This document shows, one piece after another, positions 60,713 through 64,000 of a DNA stretch of 64,000 nt. The stretch is from Macrostomum lignano (Eukaryota). The notes below the pieces were generated by a model. It ran no database searches and was not told the DNA's origin. It worked only from the letters and a program-made list of their open reading frames with translations. Position 1 is the stretch's first letter. The number at the start of each line of letters is the position of its first letter. A program made the position numbers and the translations under genes. The DNA lies in contig NIVC01002180.1 of the NCBI GenBank assembly GCA_002269645.1, positions 1 to 64,000 of the forward strand, given 5' to 3'.

Positions 60713-63700
60713 CTGCAACAGACACAAAATGCCTTTTGTATTATGACAAGTTATTAAAAAAACGTGCACAGTGGTTTTATTATTCACTAGATTTTCCCTT
60801 TATAAGCTTCTATTGCTAGTATAGCTGGTGTCGATTTAAAGTTTATTTAGTATTAAATAATATATATACTACTCTATTATTTTTACAGTAAAGCATAAAA
60901 ATGCTTATATGCTAAGAAATAATACTCTATACTTTTATCAGTTCAACTATCAACTGTATAGTTTTTTAAATATTTTATGGTGGTCTAGTCTAACATCTAT
61001 AAATAATAGAGTTCCACTGTTGCTATGGATATGACTATAGGAAGGTATAGATTAGTAGGTTTTTAAACAGAACATATGCATATATTATATTGTAGGGTCA
61101 GGGACTCAAACAACATTTTTGACACTACACACATATGTGGTTGGGATGGAGGGTTAACCCAGTTCCAGTTGGACTCAGTTGGGGTGAATAAAGTGCATTG
61201 AGTGAGTGGATAATAATGCTAATAATGCTAGGAAATTGCCTAGCATTTGTCACTATCAAAGGAGGCTAGGTTGCAAATGAGGCTTCTTGCAAACCAACTA
61301 ATAAGCAGGCCATCATTATTAGAAACAAAAGATCTTAGTAAGAATTGAAGATTTTTTGCTTTAGTTACAACTTAGATAAATATTATAAGAGGAGATATAA
61401 GAAGCAAGATGAGAGAGAAGGCAAAAAGAAAAGAGGAAAAAGAAGAGGAGAAAAGAGGGGAGAGAGGGGAGAGAGAAGAGAAAAGGGAGTAAAGAAGGGA
61501 GAAGAGAAGGAAGAGGATAGATAAGAAAAGAGAGAAGATAGGCTTCTAAGCATTTATACTACTCTAAAGCAATTTTACTGCTTTGTAGCAATTTACTATT
61601 CTAATCTAAGGTGGTTCTTACTTTTAGGGTTTTAATTCTCCCACTTTGGGGTCTCTTGTAAAATAAATAAAGTCTCTTGAATTGCCAAAGTGAATTCAAT
61701 TAGTAGCCTTTCCGAATTGGAAGTTAATAGTTGAGATTGCAGTTTCAGTTTTTCAGTTTCACTTTCAGTTTTTGGTCTTCTATTTATATGAAACTTTAAA
61801 CTATTTAAAACAAAATATATTTGCATAATATTTATTTGGAACACACATTTTTAAACAAACTTTTTGTCAGTAATTCAAATATGATATTTTTGTTAATGAA
61901 AAAGGCACATTATTTAATCATGACAAAAAAGTATAATAAAATGAAAATTATAATATAATGCACTACTTCATACAATTATTTTTGTTTTATATGTTGACTA
62001 TAAAAATGCTATTTGTATAGTCACAAACTTAATAACAACTGTCTTTTATTAATAATATATTGATTGTTATAATTATATAATTATTTATTATTATACGATT
62101 TTTAATTATTAAATAAACTATCCTAAAATTCCTAGCAGTCTTAACCCCATTAAACCTAGTTTAGGAAACAATTATTAAAATATTAATTTTTAAACATGTT
62201 GCTAGCTATTTATCATATGTGTGCACTGCACTCTTTCCATTACTTTGTGTGACTTGCTCTCATCTAAACTTATTTATTAATTACTACCTAACTAGCTAAC
62301 CTGATTGTCTTGAATATTATTTCACCCCATCTGCAATACTGACTTGCCCTAAGAAATGTATCGAAAGTTTGACCAGACAATGAGACCAAGCCACATAATG
62401 GGCACTTTCCTAATCCTTGGCATGTATCTAAAACTTTAGAGTTAGGTTCTAGGCTTCACGTTCAGTACTCCTCGAATAGTCGAATTTTGGCATCTCACTG
62501 CTCCCTTCTCTTTAGCATCTTATTAGGCTAGCACTTCTCATTGAGCCTTGGCAACTTTTTAGCAATGAAATACTACCAGACAATCAAATCCAACATAGTA
62601 TTTGTGCCTATTTTTGGGCTTGATTGCTCATAACTTAACTTGGGTCTTGAATATGTTATGTTTCAACTTCATCTTCAGAACTTTGTAGGGGGTAGTCGAC
62701 TTTAAGGGTGTAGTCGAATTCGTTATCTTATCTCAGGCTAGACGCCATCACTGATGATGACTGATGAGGTAGGTCACTTTCACACGAGAAATAAATATAC
62801 CGAATTTAATAGAAATTTGGAATTCAGTTAAAGTTAATTACGAAAAATTTCTTGGAATTTTTTGTTTTTAAAGTTAAAAGCAGAACTCACAAATCTTTTT
62901 AAGAGGTAAAGGATGAACAAAAAATAAAAACTAAAAAATTAACCTTGCACCACTAACAGATTATGTATAACGTAACAATATATTCAGCAAATTATGAAGG
63001 GTGCTTTCAATGACCACGACCTGCAGTTATGCACATTTTCTTATTCATAAAAGAAGTACTACTATTTTAATTCAACATACACTGTATGCCACTCATACAT
63101 GATCGAATTCGAATTTCTCATCGCCAGTCCAAATCGCCCACAAGCTGCATAAAGTAACAATATTGTACATACTTCACAAGTACATAAGTGAAAGAAAGAA
63201 ATCTAGTTCAAAGGGCCGGTGTTGGTACTGTTCGTGTACATGGTATGACAACAAGCTGTTCACAGAACTGAAAGTCTTTAGATGACTAATAAAAACCAAT
63301 GATACATAGTCTTTTGCAGCTTAACATCATATGACGAATTCTGAGATGACGATCATTCGACTACCTGTACATGTATGTAAAATCTCACCTCAACCATGAC
63401 TCTCCGGTCCCCATATGCAGTGTTGCTTTAGCTTTAACATGAAAACGACTTCCTAATTTGAAATAAAAATCCATGAACAGGATTACGTTCATGCAATAAT
63501 ATTTTAACCTTTTTAAGACACCTAAATTTCACAGTATATTTTGTACTACATTTTTTACACGGGCATGCATGTAACATGTACATGAGGCAAGGCCTAACGG
63601 CACGGCTGCACAAATACATGTACATATGCAGTACTCATTATGGGAGAGATTCAAATAAGACTACTGAGAAAAGTAGACGAAGGCAGATTTGAATCGTAAA

Positions 63701-64000
63701 ATATTAACGCGTAAGCCCGAAAAAATATCCCTTGAAAAAAGGACGACGTAAAGATCGGGCGTAGCCGGTGAAAAAACAAACGGCAGCATAAAAAAGAAAC
63801 GACTCTGCACACTACGAGTGGTGGGAGCTAGAGGACGGCTTGTGGCTAGATGTACTTAAAAAATAACTATGTATGTATGGGCCCGCTCAGCATATTTGCA
63901 TAGTTTTAAGTCTGGAAGCTTGGCTTCTAAACTTCGCAAAGTCATATTCAGATTTCAGTGCATTTACTTCAATAAATAGCTTGTGTTTCGATCTTGCAAC

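Overview
Eukaryotic, intron-containing metazoan DNA, with no prokaryotic features and no CRISPR array. The GC-rich exons, minisatellite-filled introns and short introns elsewhere resemble a free-living flatworm such as Macrostomum; this is an inference, not a database match. Eight protein-coding genes can be reconstructed by hand with GT-AG junctions and consistent phases: a CREB/ATF1-type bZIP 3' end (+), intronless RPS16 (+), MAPKBP1/WDR62 (+, 5 exons, about 1633 aa), a GRIPAP1-like coiled-coil gene (-), CACUL1 (+), engrailed (+, 4 exons), naked cuticle (-) and KLHDC3 (-). About 24 different tandem arrays occupy the large introns and intergenic gaps, and they generate most of the long ORFs in the ORF track as artefacts. 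There are also three tRNA-derived SINE copies, a probable non-autonomous TIR element and two fold-back hairpins. Most interesting observations: (1) nearly every large intron carries its own private minisatellite running up to the splice sites; (2) the arrays switch from C-rich to G-rich on the + strand around a CpG-rich island at about 30 kb; (3) that island is flanked by almost CpG-free, TpA-rich blocks; (4) KLHDC3 has no visible start codon and could take its AUG from a spliced leader, and its repeat intron is 3n and stop-free. Repeat boundaries and base counts were made by eye and are approximate.
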